Source of the DNA: an uncultured Nitrososphaeraceae archaeon
GTDB taxonomy: Archaea > Thermoproteota > Nitrososphaeria > Nitrososphaerales > Nitrososphaeraceae
Direction: 5' to 3'
Length of the DNA stretch: 64,000 nt
Assembly (NCBI GenBank): GCA_963779615.1
Contig: CAVZZA010000003.1
Span: 512,001-576,000 of the forward strand
Each line of letters starts with the position of its first letter. Within the stretch, counting starts at the first letter, position 1. A program made the position numbers and the translations under genes. The notes under the pieces were generated by a model that did not search any database, was not told the DNA's origin, and was given only the letters and a program-made list of their open reading frames with translations. Shown here piece by piece: positions 34,991 through 45,726 of the stretch.

Positions 34991-37688
34991 CTGCATTTAC
35001 GGTACCGATATCTTTGAGAAGCGCGCTGAAAAATACAAAGTGATTACACAGGACATTGTTATCAATACGGATGTTTGTGTAATAGGCTCAGGCGCCGCTG
35101 GAGCCGTTTTGGCCACCAAATTGGCAGAAGAAGGCAAATCCGTAGTTTTGCTTGAGAGAGGAGGATACCATGACGGAGAGTCAATGAATCAGAGAGAGGC
35201 AGATATGGTTCCACTGCTGTGGAAAAACGCTGGTGCCAACTTCACTTCTAGTTTAAGAATAGCAGTAGCCCAAGGTTGCTGTCTTGGCGGCTCAACTGTC
35301 ATCAATGACGCTGTTTGCTTTAGGATTCCAGAACTTGTGATCAACCAATGGATTGAAAGCGGTGTATTGATTTCAAAAGACGAATGGGATGAGGCCAACA
35401 ATGAAGTATCAAAAAGAATCAACGTCACAAAAGTCACCGAAGAGGAGCTAAACACAAATGCCAAAAAACTTAGGGACGCATGCAGAACATACAAAATAAA
35501 CGGAGAGGAGATCAAGCACTGGGAAAACGAAAGAAACTGCGGCCAGTCTTTTTCCGATCCGAATCTTCATTCCTGCGTAAAATGCGGACTTTGCCACATG
35601 GGCTGCCATTACGATACAAAACAAAGCATGTTGGTTACGTACATTCATGATGCGCTCAGCAACGATAAACTAGACTACAACGTATACTGCAACTGTCAAG
35701 CAGAGAGAATCACCCATAATAACGGGATAGCAACCGGGGTAGACGCAATTTTTATAGATATCGATGGTAACGAAAAACAAAGACTACGCGTCAACTCAAA
35801 GGTCATAATCATTTCTTCTGGCGCCATTGCATCATCAAACCTGTTGCAAAAATCAGTAATTGGCGGAAACAATGTTGGAAAGGGGGTAGCACTCCACCCC
35901 GCACCTTTTGTCATGGGTCATTTCCATGAAAACATCTATGGCAATAGGGGGATACCCATGTCATATACATGTCACCAGTTTGGCGTAACGAACAATGTGC
36001 AAAAAGGGGGGTTTCTGATAGAAAGCATATTCTTACCAATTTTTCAAATGGCCATTGCGATCCCAACATTTGCCATGGACCATAAGAGAATGATGATGGA
36101 ATTCAACAGATACACCATGGCAGGAATTATGACCAGAGATGAGCCTAACGGCAATGTACTTGTATCATATAACGGAAATCCAAAACTGGACTACACCTTG
36201 TCGCCCCAAACAGTCAACGACATGGCAAGGGGAATGGCCATTGTTTCCAAGATGTGGTTTGACATTGGCGCAACAAGCGTAATCACATCGCATATGGATG
36301 TTCCAGAAATAAAAACGAGGGCAGATATTCCAAAGTTAAAAGAGGCAGTAAGAAACAACCCTAATGGTTTAATGGTTGGCTCAGCCCACCCCCAAGGCGG
36401 AAACAAAATGGGCAGCAGCAAGGAAGAATGCGTGGTGGACTCAGATTGCAAAGTATTTGGATTTGATAACCTGTATGTTTGCGACGCCAGTGTTTTTCCA
36501 ACCGCACTGGGCGTAAACCCCCAGCTTACGGTCATGGCCCTTGCAACCATTACAGCAAAAAAAATCATCAAAAATTGGAATAGATATCCAGCAGAAACAA
36601 GGCCTAACTTGGGCAAAACATGCAGAATTTCACAGCCAAGGTTCTGTAGATCCGAGCCAATCGGACAAATGTTTGCAATTGCCGATCATAAAACCAATCT
36701 ATTCTCGAAACTAGGCAACTCAAATGATATAAAACCAATAGTGGGAAAGAATTGGAGGTTTGACCCTGAAAACCAGATCATCCACAATGATTTGTTTTGG
36801 AAGGGAATGTACGGAACAGACAACAATCTTTTGACAAACTTGTTGCGATATTTTGGGGGATTCTATAAAAAATTTAAAAAGGTCGATGAAACAAGGTATA
36901 GCGGAATTACCCATCCTTTTGATTCCCAAATAATTGACGCAAAAAGCATTGCCGTTGAAAAAGAAATACCAGGATATGGTAAAGTAATTCACCTCGAATA
37001 TGAAGACTTTCCCTATTCCACCGCCTACGATTTGCTAAAGATGGTGGATGACAATACAATCCTCGGAAAGGCATTTATGGGACCCTTTGGAAGGGGACGG
37101 GAATTGTTTAACTTTAGTATGTCAAGGGCATATGACATTGACTATATGACAGAAGAGGATCTTTTTACACTATTCAATAGCAAAGAGATGAGTTATGTTC
37201 CCAACGAAAGTGAAATGCGAGGTGTCTGGGAAGGGATGCTGGTCTCCGATTCAGCTGTCACGCCTCGTGCGCAAATCTTTTATTTTGATTATGAGGATGG
37301 CCAAATAGATATGAGGTATTCCTTTGCAAACATGCTGCGTGGTAGATCGGATATAAGCATTACCGACAGGCTGTTTAGATTCGATGACCAAACCCCACTC
37401 CATGACGAAATACGGATGATAACACCAAATTTGATAGTGGGAAGATGGGTTACGGAATGGTCCTCGGAGGATTCGCTAAAACCGTACCTTGATGATTTCA
37501 AACGGCTCCTTGCTATTCCAGCACCCAAAGAAAAAGAATCAGCATATGAAAAGTTAGCCCAAATACTGCCAGTTCGTGGAATTAGACTACCCAAAGAATT
37601 AGGACTCAGTTTTTTGGGTGTCGAGGTGGATGAGGAACACAATAAATCCAGATTAGGCCTGTCCTATATGCTAAAGAAAATAGGGTAA
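34980..37688 (+). CDS. GMC-family FAD oxidoreductase with a long C-terminal extension
   Basis: VIGSGAAG, LGGSTVIN, CVKCGLCHMGC, SAHPQGG, DASVFPT and NPQLT; ATG at 34980 overlaps the upstream stop. Confidence 0.92.
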   Translation: MPNNCIYGTDIFEKRAEKYKVITQDIVINTDVCVIGSGAAGAVLATKLAEEGKSVVLLERGGYHDGESMNQREADMVPLLWKNAGANFTSSLRIAVAQGCCLGGSTVINDAVCFRIPELVINQWIESGVLISKDEWDEANNEVSKRINVTKVTEEELNTNAKKLRDACRTYKINGEEIKHWENERNCGQSFSDPNLHSCVKCGLCHMGCHYDTKQSMLVTYIHDALSNDKLDYNVYCNCQAERITHNNGIATGVDAIFIDIDGNEKQRLRVNSKVIIISSGAIASSNLLQKSVIGGNNVGKGVALHPAPFVMGHFHENIYGNRGIPMSYTCHQFGVTNNVQKGGFLIESIFLPIFQMAIAIPTFAMDHKRMMMEFNRYTMAGIMTRDEPNGNVLVSYNGNPKLDYTLSPQTVNDMARGMAIVSKMWFDIGATSVITSHMDVPEIKTRADIPKLKEAVRNNPNGLMVGSAHPQGGNKMGSSKEECVVDSDCKVFGFDNLYVCDASVFPTALGVNPQLTVMALATITAKKIIKNWNRYPAETRPNLGKTCRISQPRFCRSEPIGQMFAIADHKTNLFSKLGNSNDIKPIVGKNWRFDPENQIIHNDLFWKGMYGTDNNLLTNLLRYFGGFYKKFKKVDETRYSGITHPFDSQIIDAKSIAVEKEIPGYGKVIHLEYEDFPYSTAYDLLKMVDDNTILGKAFMGPFGRGRELFNFSMSRAYDIDYMTEEDLFTLFNSKEMSYVPNESEMRGVWEGMLVSDSAVTPRAQIFYFDYEDGQIDMRYSFANMLRGRSDISITDRLFRFDDQTPLHDEIRMITPNLIVGRWVTEWSSEDSLKPYLDDFKRLLAIPAPKEKESAYEKLAQILPVRGIRLPKELGLSFLGVEVDEEHNKSRLGLSYMLKKIG

Positions 37689-37916
37689 TTTCTTTCGTTC
37701 ACCTATTTTTATAATGTGACAAACCGGGCAATTAGGCAAATAGAATAAGTTATGGCCATAAAGCTGTTTGGGAGGAACTATGCATGATGTCTAGTGTGTT
37801 GATCAAGTTAAATCACTGATCGGTAAATACCATTGCTAAAATGAATGATGAACCAACATCATATAATTAGTGCACAACGACTCCATTGACAAATAACAGA
37901 TGTTTGCCTGAAACGG

Positions 37917-38366
37917 TTAAAGCAGCCTATCACCAACAAGGTTCTTGTATGCCTTTGTTTTTATGATGTCAATTTCCTTTTCCAATATCGAACGCCTTTC
38001 TTTGGTGATGCTCAATATCAAACCAATTGATTTGGCCTTTTCTTTGGAGCGTGTTTTGGAGGAATCGATTATTTTCCACAGTTCTTTTACAGTTTCATCA
38101 AGAGTCAACTTTATCTTCCCATATTCATCCAATAGTTGATCATCGGGATCAATATCTCTTTTGTTTATTTTGCTTTGCCAGTGATTAACGTCCCTGGAAA
38201 TAGTCAATTGGCTTATGTGGAGCATGTTTGATATCTCAAGTTAAGATTACCTTCTTGCGAATAGATCCCTTACTTTGTTTCGTCTCCAATCCATTTGCCT
38301 TTTTAATTTTTCATGGTTGTTCCAGTGAAATGGGGTTTGTCTTCTTTCAAATGTCCTGTTATTCAT
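37917..38366 (-). pseudogene. HTH DNA-binding protein with two in-frame stops
   Basis: QMDWRRNKVRDLFARR*S*LEISNMLHISQLTISRDV is HTH-like and is followed by helical segments; lies just left of the att core at 38497. Confidence 0.6.
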
Positions 38367-38496
38367 ATCGTTTTTGAATTAATAAAAATATCCATTTTTG
38401 AAAGTTATTCAATGTTTATTCATATGGTTTTCACAGTTATGCTCGAATTATCTGTTTCTCCATGTATAAAAAATATATAAAAAATAATTTTAGAAT

Positions 38497-38576
38497 ATCC
38501 CGCTCAGTCCATCGACATCATTTTGAAAGGATTCGGTGAAATTTAGGTTTGGAAAACCGAATTGTTAACAAAAAAC
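38497..38576 (+). repeat. att core plus truncated family-A arm (copy A2)
   Basis: atcccgctcagtccatcgacat...tttaggtttggaaaacc.aattgttaacaaaaaac is very close to copy A1; homology stops after the first box. Confidence 0.9.
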
Positions 38577-38836
38577 GATTTACAATAATCATGCAACAAG
38601 GCACTGCCAAAACCGATAATTAAATGTTTATTACCTTCATAACAAAGCATAACATAAACACAGGAGATTAAAATCGCGATTTACTTGGGGCTCATCCGAC
38701 CATAAGCCAAACATATATTACCATATAAGGGATATATATTTTTTAAATTAACGATAGAACTATTAAAAATTCACAAGTAATAGACAATTTTATAATATCA
38801 GCCGATTTGATTTGTAATCATAACATTCACAATACA

Positions 38837-39409
38837 TCAATTAATGTTCCTTTTAAAATAAGCACTGTTTTTAACTAATTCCATCAAAGATTTTGTTGCC
38901 ATCTCAAGTGAAATACTCTTGGATTTTGAATAATAGTTGGCCATTTTTTTCAAACCTTTTTCTGCTCGATATATTTTAACTGCGTCTTCCATAGATTTAA
39001 CCGGCCTATAAGAATTGAAACAGGAAGTAAGAATTTGGGTAAGAGTGTCTGCTTTAAAATTTTCATCGTGATGAGACAACAACTTCTCAAGTTCCTCAAA
39101 ATGGGGGTTTAACTGGCCAAAGACTCTCTTGATTTTAAGCTCGTCAACACCAGATTCAAAATTGGCATATTTGGAAAGCCACACATCAAAGATGTCATCT
39201 TTTGCTGTTGGTGGATGTGTTCGAAAATGTTTGAATTTCTTTCTATAAAACACATGTTTTGTTTTTGGCTCGAGTGCAGAAACAGGTTTGATTTTTTTAT
39301 TGTCGATAGTGGCTAAACCATCATGCATTCGCTCATTATGGCGCTCTGCATTATATTTTCTACCAAAACTTTGTTTGCATTCACTACAGGCATATGAATC
39401 TCCCTTCAC
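38837..39409 (-). CDS. C2H2 zinc-finger-containing protein
   Basis: YACSECKQSFGRKYNAERHNERMH fits C-x2-C-x3-F-x8-H-x4-H. Confidence 0.8.
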   Translation of the reverse strand: MKGDSYACSECKQSFGRKYNAERHNERMHDGLATIDNKKIKPVSALEPKTKHVFYRKKFKHFRTHPPTAKDDIFDVWLSKYANFESGVDELKIKRVFGQLNPHFEELEKLLSHHDENFKADTLTQILTSCFNSYRPVKSMEDAVKIYRAEKGLKKMANYYSKSKSISLEMATKSLMELVKNSAYFKRNIN

Positions 39410-39609
39410 AAATATAATTATCCAAATTTGATATAAATTAGTTACTCCGAGTAACTTATCGTTAACTGCAATTCAGTTATGGTATTCTTAAAAATAATGG
39501 TTAATCAAAAACTTAATATTGAAATGAAACATTTACTAAAATAGGTATTTTTTCTACCGTATATAATTTACCAGAGAAAGAGAAGAGAACCTATTTGTTC
39601 CATATACAA

Positions 39610-41993
39610 TTAAAATTCATTATCATTTTGTAATTTTTCAAGAGCTTTATTTTTGTTATTCAATGCTAATTTGTAATTCGGATCAACGGCCAATGCCTTG
39701 TCAAAGTACAGTATGGCCTTGTCATACTCGCCAAGGCTGGAAAGAGCGACACCTTTTCCATTCAATGCTAATTTGTAATTCGGATCAACGGCCAATGCCT
39801 TGTCAAAGTACAGTATGGCCTTGTCATACTCGCCAAGGCTGGAAAGAGCGACACCTTTTCCATTCAATGCTAATTTGTAATTCGGATCAACGGCCAATGC
39901 CTTGTCAAAGTACAGTATGGCCTTGTCATACTCGCCAAAGTATCCAAGAGCAACACCTTTTCCATTCAATGCTAATTTGTAATTCGGATCAACGGCCAAT
40001 GCCTTGTCATATGACTTTATGGCCTTGTCATACTCGCCAAGGTATCTAAGAGCGCTACCTTTGTAATTCAATGCTAATTTGTCATTCGGATCAACGGCCA
40101 ATGCCTTGTCAAATACAGTATGGCCTTGTCATACTCGCCAAGGCTGGAAAGAGCGACACCTTTTCCATTCAATGCTAATTTGTAATTCGGATCAACTGCC
40201 AATGCCTTGTCAAAGTACAGTATGGCCTTGTCATACTCGCCAAGTCTGGAAAGAGCGACACCTTTGTTATACAATGCTAATTTGTAATTCGGATCAACGG
40301 CCAATGCCTTGTCAAAGTACAGTATGGCCTTGTCATACTCGCCAAAGTATCCAAGAGCAAAACCTTTTCCATTCAATGCTAATTTGTAATTCGGATCAAC
40401 TGCCAATGCCTTGTCATATGACTGTATGGCCTCGGCATACTCGCCAAGTCTGTAAAGAGCATTACCTTTGTCATTCAATGCTAATTTGTAATTCGGATCA
40501 ACGGCCAATGCCTTGTCAAAGTACTGTATGGCCTCGGCATACTTTCCCAAATTGTAAAGAGCAACACCTGTGACATAAGCAACACCTTTATCATTGAATA
40601 TAATTTTGGAGGAGTCAATGTTGACGGGGGGTGGAGAGCTTGATTTTGGTGGGGGTAAGGGAATATGCGTTACAGTAACTGCAACAAAAGCATCATTTGA
40701 GGAGTTTTTGGCATCTGTAACATTAAGCTCAAATCTCAAAACGGCATCTTTGGATATGTCTTCGGGGGCGGTGAATGTGACGACAGCAGTGTTAGCACTA
40801 TCCAATGTGACCGGTGTGCCGGAAATCTGTCTCCATGAGTATGTTATTGGGTCATTGTTGGGATCTGTGCTTTTGCTTCCGTCCAAAGTTACAATATCCC
40901 CAGCGTTCACGGTTTGGCCAGTTCCCGCATTGGCTATGGGCGGTTGGTTGGACTTGGCAAACACTACAATTCGATGATTACCGGTATCAGCCACATACAC
41001 ATTTCCCGATTCATCAACAGCAATACCCAGAGGGTTATTTAACTGTCCATTTCCACCACCTTTTGATCCGAATTGTGTAAGAAAATTGCCACTGCTGTCA
41101 AACTTTTGGACACGGTGACTACCAGTATCGGCTACATAGACGTTACCTATTGAATCAATGGCGATGCTTGCCTGTCCCCTAAACTGCTTTTCACCTGTGC
41201 CATGTGAACCCCATTTTGCAATGAATTTTATTGTATTACCATTGCCATCAAACTTTTGGATGCGGTGATTAAAGGCATCAAACACATAAACATTGTTTGA
41301 TCCATCCACTGCAATGCTTGTTGGGTTGTCAAATTGTCCTTCGCGTAGTCCACTTGAACCAGTTTTTGCAATTAGCGAGCCATCAACAGAATGAATCTCA
41401 AATGTGTTGTTCAAGGTTTGTGTGAAATAAACGTGTCCGCCAGTGTCTATGGATATATCAGGCAGATAAGTTGACCCTGAAAGAACTCCTGAACCAACAC
41501 TCCATGATGTAAGGAATGTTCCATCACTTGTGAATTTTTCTATTCGAGAGTTACCAGAATCAAATACATACACATTTCTCGAAGATGGATCTATTGCTAT
41601 GCCAGAGGGACTGCTAAACTGTCCATCACCGGTACCTTGAGATCCCGATCCCCATGGAGGGGTAATGTTTTTGCCAGTAGAATCGAACACCTGAACTCTA
41701 TGATTTTGCGAATCAACAACATAAATATCATTTGACGATGGATCAATGGCAATGTCAGTTGGTTTGTTAAACTGCCCGTCACCCGTACCTTGATTTCCCC
41801 ATTTAGTAACAAAAGTATAATTCTCGGTGTTTGCCGCATATGCTATACCGGGTGCATCAGCATCATTGTCTTTAACTACACTATAATAAACAGAAATGAA
41901 CATAAAAAGAAATGATAAGGCAAAAGCAGTCATCATAAAGTATGATTTTTTCCTTTCACCATCAATATTATAAAATAAATGATTGATTTCCAT
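39610..41993 (-). CDS. secreted NHL beta-propeller + PKD/REJ-like + TPR protein (1-bp frameshift near 40113)
   Basis: NHL motifs GQFxxPxxIAxD...YVxDxxNxRIQxF, PPIANAG...LDGSKSTDP, then nine near-identical TPRs. Confidence 0.88.
39661..40560 (-). repeat. 102-bp tandem repeat x9 (TPR units)
   Basis: caatgctaatttg at 39661, 39763, 39865, 39967, 40069, 40170, 40272, 40374 and 40476; one unit is 101 bp. Confidence 0.95.
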
Positions 41994-42161
41994 TACATTA
42001 AAAGCTCCGCATTATCCCTAACACTTGTACAACTGCTTGATATTTAATTATTGGGGAGATAATACAAATGCATCATAAATGATATGCTTTGTATGCGTTC
42101 CTATTTAAAGGAGTAACATGATATACCAAGTCCATGGCATTATCAAAGTCACAATAAGCAG

Positions 42162-43574
42162 TCAGCCTCCCTTGTCATTATTGTGAGTATCATCTCCTTT
42201 GGAGGACCTTCTACGAGCAATTACCGTAATAACAGTTGTCACGATTGTTCCAACTACACCAATTATCGCCACTAACACGGTCGGATCAATAAATGGTTTT
42301 TGTGAATTTGACGTGGAAGATTCTATGGAAGGAGGAGGCTTTACTTTTACGCTAAGTGACGAGGAGCCTATTTCTTTTCCATCCTTATTGAAAGCTGTTA
42401 ATTTTATTATGTATTGTTTAGCTTCATCATATGGATGCGAAAAAGGAAAACTACAATTATCTTCTAGTCCATCACCCCATTCGCAATGAACTCTGTCTAC
42501 ACTGCTATTTTTTATACCGTCAATTTTTATTTCTAAATTTTCATTTTCTGTTATGTATGCTTTAAAATTTGTATCTTTCGATGTTGGCTGGGCAGTTGGC
42601 TGGGCAGTTGGCTGGGCAGTTGGCTGGGCAGTTGGCTGGGCAGTTGGCTGGGCAGTTGGCTGGGCAGTTGGCTGGGCAGTTGGCTGGGCAGTTGGCTGGG
42701 CAGTTGGCTGGGCAGTTGGCTGGGCAGTTGGCTGGGCAGTTGGCTGGGCAGTTGGCTGGGCAGTTGGCTGGGCAGTTGGCTGGGCAGTTGGCTGCGATTT
42801 TATTACAAGTCCATTTTCGAATGCAATGTTGCCCCAAGAGGACGGGTTTACAACAGACATTGAGAGGGGAAAACCGGATTTTTTGCCTGACGGATAATCC
42901 TGCTGTTGGATTGCAAAGCCATATGATTTAGGTTGAGTGGAAAAATGAATTCGAAAGTCCCCTTCCCACTTATTACTTTGGCTAAATATGTTGAATGTCA
43001 TGTTTTTAAAATATTGCCCCAAACCAAGGGTATCGCCAATTGAGGATGTCATCAAGGCATACCCATTTTGCTCTTCGGTTCCTGTATAATATTGAGCTTT
43101 TTGATTTCTTAGTAACATAATGAATTGATCAGAGGGTTTGATGGCATTGTTGCCAGGATTATTGTTACTACTGGAGTCAAAAAGAAAAACTATAGAATCG
43201 GCATCGTCCTGACTGCTGTCAGGTATTGTAAACGTCCCGTATACAGAATTGTATTTTGTTTCATACTTTAGGTTCAGGGTAACATTTTGGTTTATTGAAT
43301 TTGCCGCTGGAAAGGTTATATTTGCATTTGACTCTGGTGCATACTGATTTGGAATGGATCCCTGTTGTTGAATGTAATCCAGAGAACCTTGGGCAATTGA
43401 GAAAACATCAAAATTACTGTTTCCCTTGATATGGGAAGCATGGCAAAAATAACAAATAGATGAAACAAGTAATGTGAACAGCACCACAGTTAGCACAACA
43501 ACAGGAATTCGACAAAGTCGTCTTGCCACGGGATTGAAAAAAATTGAACTAGTCATCATGTAACTTGAGCACAT
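42162..43574 (-). CDS. surface protein with (QPTA)n stalk, PKD-like domain and C-terminal TM anchor
   Basis: Signal-like N-terminus, QPTA tract, WGDG...HPY PKD motif, TM followed by RRR. Confidence 0.82.
   Translation of the reverse strand: MCSSYMMTSSIFFNPVARRLCRIPVVVLTVVLFTLLVSSICYFCHASHIKGNSNFDVFSIAQGSLDYIQQQGSIPNQYAPESNANITFPAANSINQNVTLNLKYETKYNSVYGTFTIPDSSQDDADSIVFLFDSSSNNNPGNNAIKPSDQFIMLLRNQKAQYYTGTEEQNGYALMTSSIGDTLGLGQYFKNMTFNIFSQSNKWEGDFRIHFSTQPKSYGFAIQQQDYPSGKKSGFPLSMSVVNPSSWGNIAFENGLVIKSQPTAQPTAQPTAQPTAQPTAQPTAQPTAQPTAQPTAQPTAQPTAQPTAQPTAQPTAQPTAQPTAQPTAQPTSKDTNFKAYITENENLEIKIDGIKNSSVDRVHCEWGDGLEDNCSFPFSHPYDEAKQYIIKLTAFNKDGKEIGSSSLSVKVKPPPSIESSTSNSQKPFIDPTVLVAIIGVVGTIVTTVITVIARRRSSKGDDTHNNDKGG
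42583..42794 (-). repeat. 12-bp tandem repeat (about 17.7 units)
   Basis: Perfect gttggctgggca repeat. Confidence 0.97.
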
Positions 43575-43631
43575 CTCCGCAAATTCACTACATTAACAAT
43601 TCTTGGTATTGTATGTGCAATTGACAAACTC

Positions 43632-44666
43632 TTATTTTTGAGAGTTAGCCATATTGGTGCTAGATAAATCAGATATTGGGGATGTTTGGGCAAAAACTTG
43701 GATTTTATGGGTTCCCATATCTGCTACATAAACGTTCCCAGACGAATCAGCAGCAATACCATATGGGCTTGTGAACTTTCCCTGACCCACACCTTTTTCT
43801 CCCCACTTGGTAATGAATGCACCATTAGTATCAAACTTTTGAACTCGGTTATTGCCAGTGTCGGCCACATAGACATTACCTACAGAGTCAACGTTAATGC
43901 CCCCTTGCCTAATAAATTGACCATCACCATTACCTTGTTTTCCCCATTTTGCAATGAATTTTATTGACGGACTAGAATCCCCCTCAGTGGTAACCCCAAA
44001 TTTTTGAACGCGGTGATTGTTGGTGTCAAACACATAGACATTGTTTGAGCCATCAACTGCAATGCTCGTTGGGGCACTGAACTGCCCATTGCCCAATCCA
44101 TTTGAACCAAAGTCAGTAAGCAGAGAACCATCAATGGTATCTATTTCAAACTTGTTGGGGGTTGTTTGGGCATAATAGACATTCCCAGAAGCATCTATAG
44201 ATATTCCAGATTGATAAACTGGTCCCGAAGTAACACCAGAAGCAGCCCATTTTGTAAGAAATGAGCCATCGCTTGTGAATTTTTCAATTCGCAAATTGCC
44301 TGAATCAAGCACATACACATTTCCTACTGGATCTATCGCTATGCCTGTTGGGCCACTAAATTGTCCATCGCCTGAGCCTTGTGCACCCCACTTTGAAATA
44401 AATTTACCATCTAAATCAAATACTTGTATCCTGTTGTTCCCGGAATCCACAATGTAAACATTATTGGATGATGGATCCATGGCAATGGCAGATGGTCTGT
44501 TAAACTGTCCATCACCTATACCTTGCGTCCCCCATTCTTTGACAAAGGAATAATTCTCTGAAGTAGTGGCATATGCAAATATCGAATAGGAATTCAAAAT
44601 GGAAATTGAAATAATTGTAGCGATAAAGAATATAATTATTTTAGAAGTCTTTTCTGCTATACTCAT
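43632..44666 (-). CDS. secreted NHL-repeat 6-bladed beta-propeller protein
   Basis: Signal peptide plus six NHL repeats; paralog of the N-terminal half of 40074-41993. Confidence 0.9.
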   Translation of the reverse strand: MSIAEKTSKIIIFFIATIISISILNSYSIFAYATTSENYSFVKEWGTQGIGDGQFNRPSAIAMDPSSNNVYIVDSGNNRIQVFDLDGKFISKWGAQGSGDGQFSGPTGIAIDPVGNVYVLDSGNLRIEKFTSDGSFLTKWAASGVTSGPVYQSGISIDASGNVYYAQTTPNKFEIDTIDGSLLTDFGSNGLGNGQFSAPTSIAVDGSNNVYVFDTNNHRVQKFGVTTEGDSSPSIKFIAKWGKQGNGDGQFIRQGGINVDSVGNVYVADTGNNRVQKFDTNGAFITKWGEKGVGQGKFTSPYGIAADSSGNVYVADMGTHKIQVFAQTSPISDLSSTNMANSQK

Positions 44667-45171
44667 TATAACTTACTCATGATTTAAGCATATAAATATT
44701 TTTTTGGTTTTGTTGTTATTTGAAAATTGTTTTCATTTTATTCCTTATACTATATAAAGCAATAATGAATATACATGGCTCTACATTCAATGTATAGTTC
44801 CTTGTTATGCAAATCCGCAAATAGGTTCAACCAATTATTTACATGTTTGAGTTTACAGTTTGGCTTTTACAAAATGACTGTTATCCAATTGCATTAAATA
44901 CTAAAATCCGTTTGTCATTGACACAAAAGTCAAGTTTGGGATTGCAATCAAAACTACACTTGCCATGCAGAATAACACATTGTTGGTTTAGAAGTGGACA
45001 TTAGAAAATTCATCTATGCACCTATTGAATAAAATATTCATAATATAGATAGTATATGTTTAATGACTATCCTTTTTTTAAGGATAACATGCCAAAGCAC
45101 TATTCAGACATATCCACAATCATGTTTGTGTTCTCATTTAACAAACTATAAGAAATTAAAATATGAAAAGA

Positions 45172-45372
45172 CCCGCTCAGTCCATCGACAATGATTCGGA
45201 AGGTTTTGGCGAATTTTATGCTCAAAAAATCAAGTTGTTAACAAAAAATCGGAAGTTTAGATCGGACATACTGTGAAATAGTTAACAAATTTGCTAACAC
45301 AAAATAAACCTACGATAAGGAAAAGCGGCAGATTTGTAAACATTTCAAAATATTTGTTAACACGGCGGTTTC
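45172..45372 (+). repeat. att core plus family-A arm (copy A3)
   Basis: cccgctcagtccatcgaca, then boxes at 45237, 45281, 45293, 45336 and 45356; shares ggaagtttagatc, gaaatagttaacaaatttg, ataaggaaaagcg and caaaatatttgttaacacggc with A1. Confidence 0.92.
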
Positions 45373-45726
45373 CAATGCCAACATTCCAGATAGAACATTT
45401 TATATATGAAAAGTGATAGAAATCCCATTCTACTGATGTAATTTTAACATCAACTAGGAATATTATTCCAATATTTATATTGAATTATATTATCATAGAC
45501 ATGGAAAATTAATCTTTGTTAGACTGTGTTTTTTTAATGTAGATTTTGTCATTTTCAATCACGATTGTTATTTTATCTCTCAATGGGTTTTGACTATCTT
45601 CATTGCGCATTTTTTTTGTCAGTTGCCGAAAATCTTGCCCAAAAAATTATTCACTATAGGGCTTAAATCCAAATTGCTCGCTGATTAATATTCTTATTTA
45701 TTGGAATTCACTACCAATAATGTTAT

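Noticed and set aside
39663-42931. Plus-strand and alternate ORFs over the TPR and QPTA repeats (MLICNSDQ, VGWA, ANCP)
   Set aside because: Shadow translations of tandem repeats.
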